A DNA stretch of 64,000 nucleotides, from NCBI RefSeq assembly GCF_964204865.1, contig NC_135260.1, forward strand, positions 14,756,001 to 14,820,000, written 5' to 3'. The translations under genes were made by a program, and so were the position numbers. The DNA is from Styela clava (Eukaryota). Below the pieces are notes generated by a model, which saw only the letters and a program-made list of their open reading frames with translations, did not search any database and had not been told where the DNA came from. Shown piece after piece: positions 62,101 to 64,000 of the stretch. Numbering within the stretch: the stretch's first letter is position 1; every line of letters starts with the position of its first letter.

Positions 62101-63667
62101 AAACTAGCAGAATTCGAAAGCTGTTTTATTGTTCTAATGAGTCATGGTCAAGATGGTATTATATTTGGAAGAGATGGAAAGGCAGTCAGTCTTCCTGATG
62201 TTTATGATCTGTTTTCAAATGAGAAATGTCCTCATCTGCAAAATAAACCCAAGGTATGCTTCTAACTGATTATCAAGTTATGTCAATTCGATATTTTATA
62301 AAAGCAATAAAAAAGACTCCAGCTGTAATAATTATAATATTATACAGTACTCCCGTATGTGAACTAAGATGACGGACATTGGAACGTACTATGCATACCA
62401 GGTTAGGGTTAGGCCATAATTTCAGGTACAGAAGTTACTTTGTTGGTCCCTGAACTCTTAATAGAACTCGAATAAGGAAAATTGGAATAAAATTATAGCC
62501 TAACCCTAACCTCGTACACATACTACGTTCCGGAGTCCGCCATTTTGGTTCACATACTTCGGGAGTACCTATTACACTTCTCAGTATAACAACTTTTAAA
62601 ATCAAGTTTTTCATTTCATTCAATTGAAAAAAGTCTTTTGACTTTATAGGCCTGCAGATAAGTGAATGAGTTTTTATTTCTCACATATTTCTTAATTAAT
62701 TACTCCAGGTGTTTCTGGTACAAGCATGTCGTGGTGACCAACCTGACAAGGGAACTGATCAACTAGATGGGCCTGCGAATAAAAAAGTATGAATATGTTA
62801 TCATGTTTTCAAACAAGACTGTATGTATGTTGTGAGTTGTGACCAAGGCTTGCAAAACTGCCGCACCGAATTGGAACATACGCTGTGTTTGTGTTTAAGT
62901 ACTGTGAAACTATTGATCGGAATGGCATTTGAAAATTAGCAAATTTTTTTAAGTCAGTTGCTGCTCGGTGTGCTTTGTTATTTCCACTTTGAACAAATTG
63001 TACTACTCTTAGCAATATTTAATCTATAAAGAGGCAAAATACATGTTTGTTTTTATCAATTATGAAGAAAACACTAGGTTTTGTCTCTACATTCTAGTGC
63101 CACGTTTCTCTTCCGAGAAGAAATTTTGTCGTTTTTGTAGATGAAGTTTGCTTTGTATTTGCTGTGGTATTATTAATATTCTTAGGTATTTATTATTACT
63201 ATAATAGGCTACCTATTTATACACACGTTATTATAAACTACTTAAACTGTACAATAACGGGGATTTTGACTTGATAACACTAGCTAGGAGAATTCATTAA
63301 AGTTTGAACAAATGAATTTTTTTTTTCCGCATAGTCAGGAAGGAATAAAGAGTTCCAAAATAGTCTGATGAAAGAATTCAGCGAAAAAAGTTGGGCTAGC
63401 CATTATGAACTTTGCCTGGAGGGCCTGCGTATTTCCATAATGGTGTCTATCTTAGAATGTTTTCTACATAAACCATGATAAATTTGATTACAGGGTCAAA
63501 GTCATGGAAAATCAGCAAAGAGAAAACTCCTGGATACCAATAATAACAATATAAAGAGCAAACTGCCTACAATGTCAGATTGTCTTGTTGCTTATGCCAC
63601 TGTACCGGGATATGCTGCAATGAGAAATACAGAGCAAGGAAGCTGGTTTATACAAGCTTTCATTCAG
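59105..63667 (+). CDS. CASP2: Caspase-2-like CARD caspase (3' end outside the window)
   Basis: Phase-0 exons 59105-59263, 59783-60487 (LPTRGPLAF..ALHETGQGHL CARD), 61250-61363, 61593-61700, 62083-62253 (LMSHG), 62709-62786 (QACRG; DQLDG cleavage site), 63494-63667 (AMRNTEQGSWFI). Confidence 0.9.
60602..60880. mobile_element. hAT MITE
   Basis: CAGGGGTGGGCAA / TTGCCCATGTCAG; TSD CTATAGTA (60594-60601, 60881-60888). Confidence 0.88.
62347..62568. mobile_element. Palindromic MITE with long TIRs containing GGTTAGGGTTAGG
   Basis: ~75-bp imperfect arms GTACTCCCG..ATGTGAAC..AAGATG...GGTTAGGGTTAGGCCATAATTT / AAATTATAGCCTAACCCTAACC...GTTCACATACTTCGGGAGTAC. Confidence 0.85.
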
Positions 63668-63953
63668 GTTAGGGATCTTTTTTCTTGTAAGAGTATTTCC
63701 TCAAAGCAAGGTCAAAGGTTGCAGAAACTGATCTCTGAGCAAAGTAACGGGTCGCGCAGAAATGCTTGGAACCACTGTGCAACTAATGGGGCAGATACTG
63801 ATAGCAAGCGATGGCAGATACTGATGGACATCGATATGCATTCTGACATAATTTTGTTTGATGTAGTGTGATCCCAAAGTTAAAAATCATGTAATTACCT
63901 GAATTTAAATAGGCAATCAATCGTTCAAATCAATGCAAGATCTGTGTCAAGAA

Positions 63954-64000
63954 CAGTGGTTCTCAAACTTTTTAAGCCTCCCTTTTCAGAATTTGTGAGG
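63954..64000 (+). mobile_element. Left end of a hAT MITE cut by the window edge
   Basis: CAGTGGTTCTCAAACTTTTT, identical to the terminus at 37643. Confidence 0.6.

Noticed and set aside
62400-62512. TTAGGG motifs as interstitial telomere
   Set aside because: Only ~2 units, mirrored within the arms of a MITE family also present at 33851

Overview
AT-rich, intron-containing animal genomic DNA. The calaxin sequence, compact introns and repeat content suggest an ascidian/tunicate (inference only). Reconstructed by hand with GT-AG, phase-consistent exons: a degenerate type II membrane-protein gene (-), glycine amidinotransferase GATM (+), twisted gastrulation (-), a full-length two-ORF CR1-group LINE (-), a small Maf bZIP gene (-), intronless calaxin/EFCAB1 (+), a divergent NFU1-like gene (-), intronless ACAD11 (+) and a caspase-2-like gene (+, runs off the window). 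There are also many hAT-type MITEs, two tRNA-SINE families and a DINE-1/HINE-like element. The most striking observation is a tandem array of four intact (plus one decayed) homologous phase-0 microexons in GATM, each encoding a variant of the mitochondrial presequence cleavage segment. Next is an NFU1 paralogue whose Fe-S-binding CxxC is CxxT and which seems to lack a mitochondrial presequence. There is also a Penelope-type minimal hammerhead motif in a GATM intron. No database searches were run.
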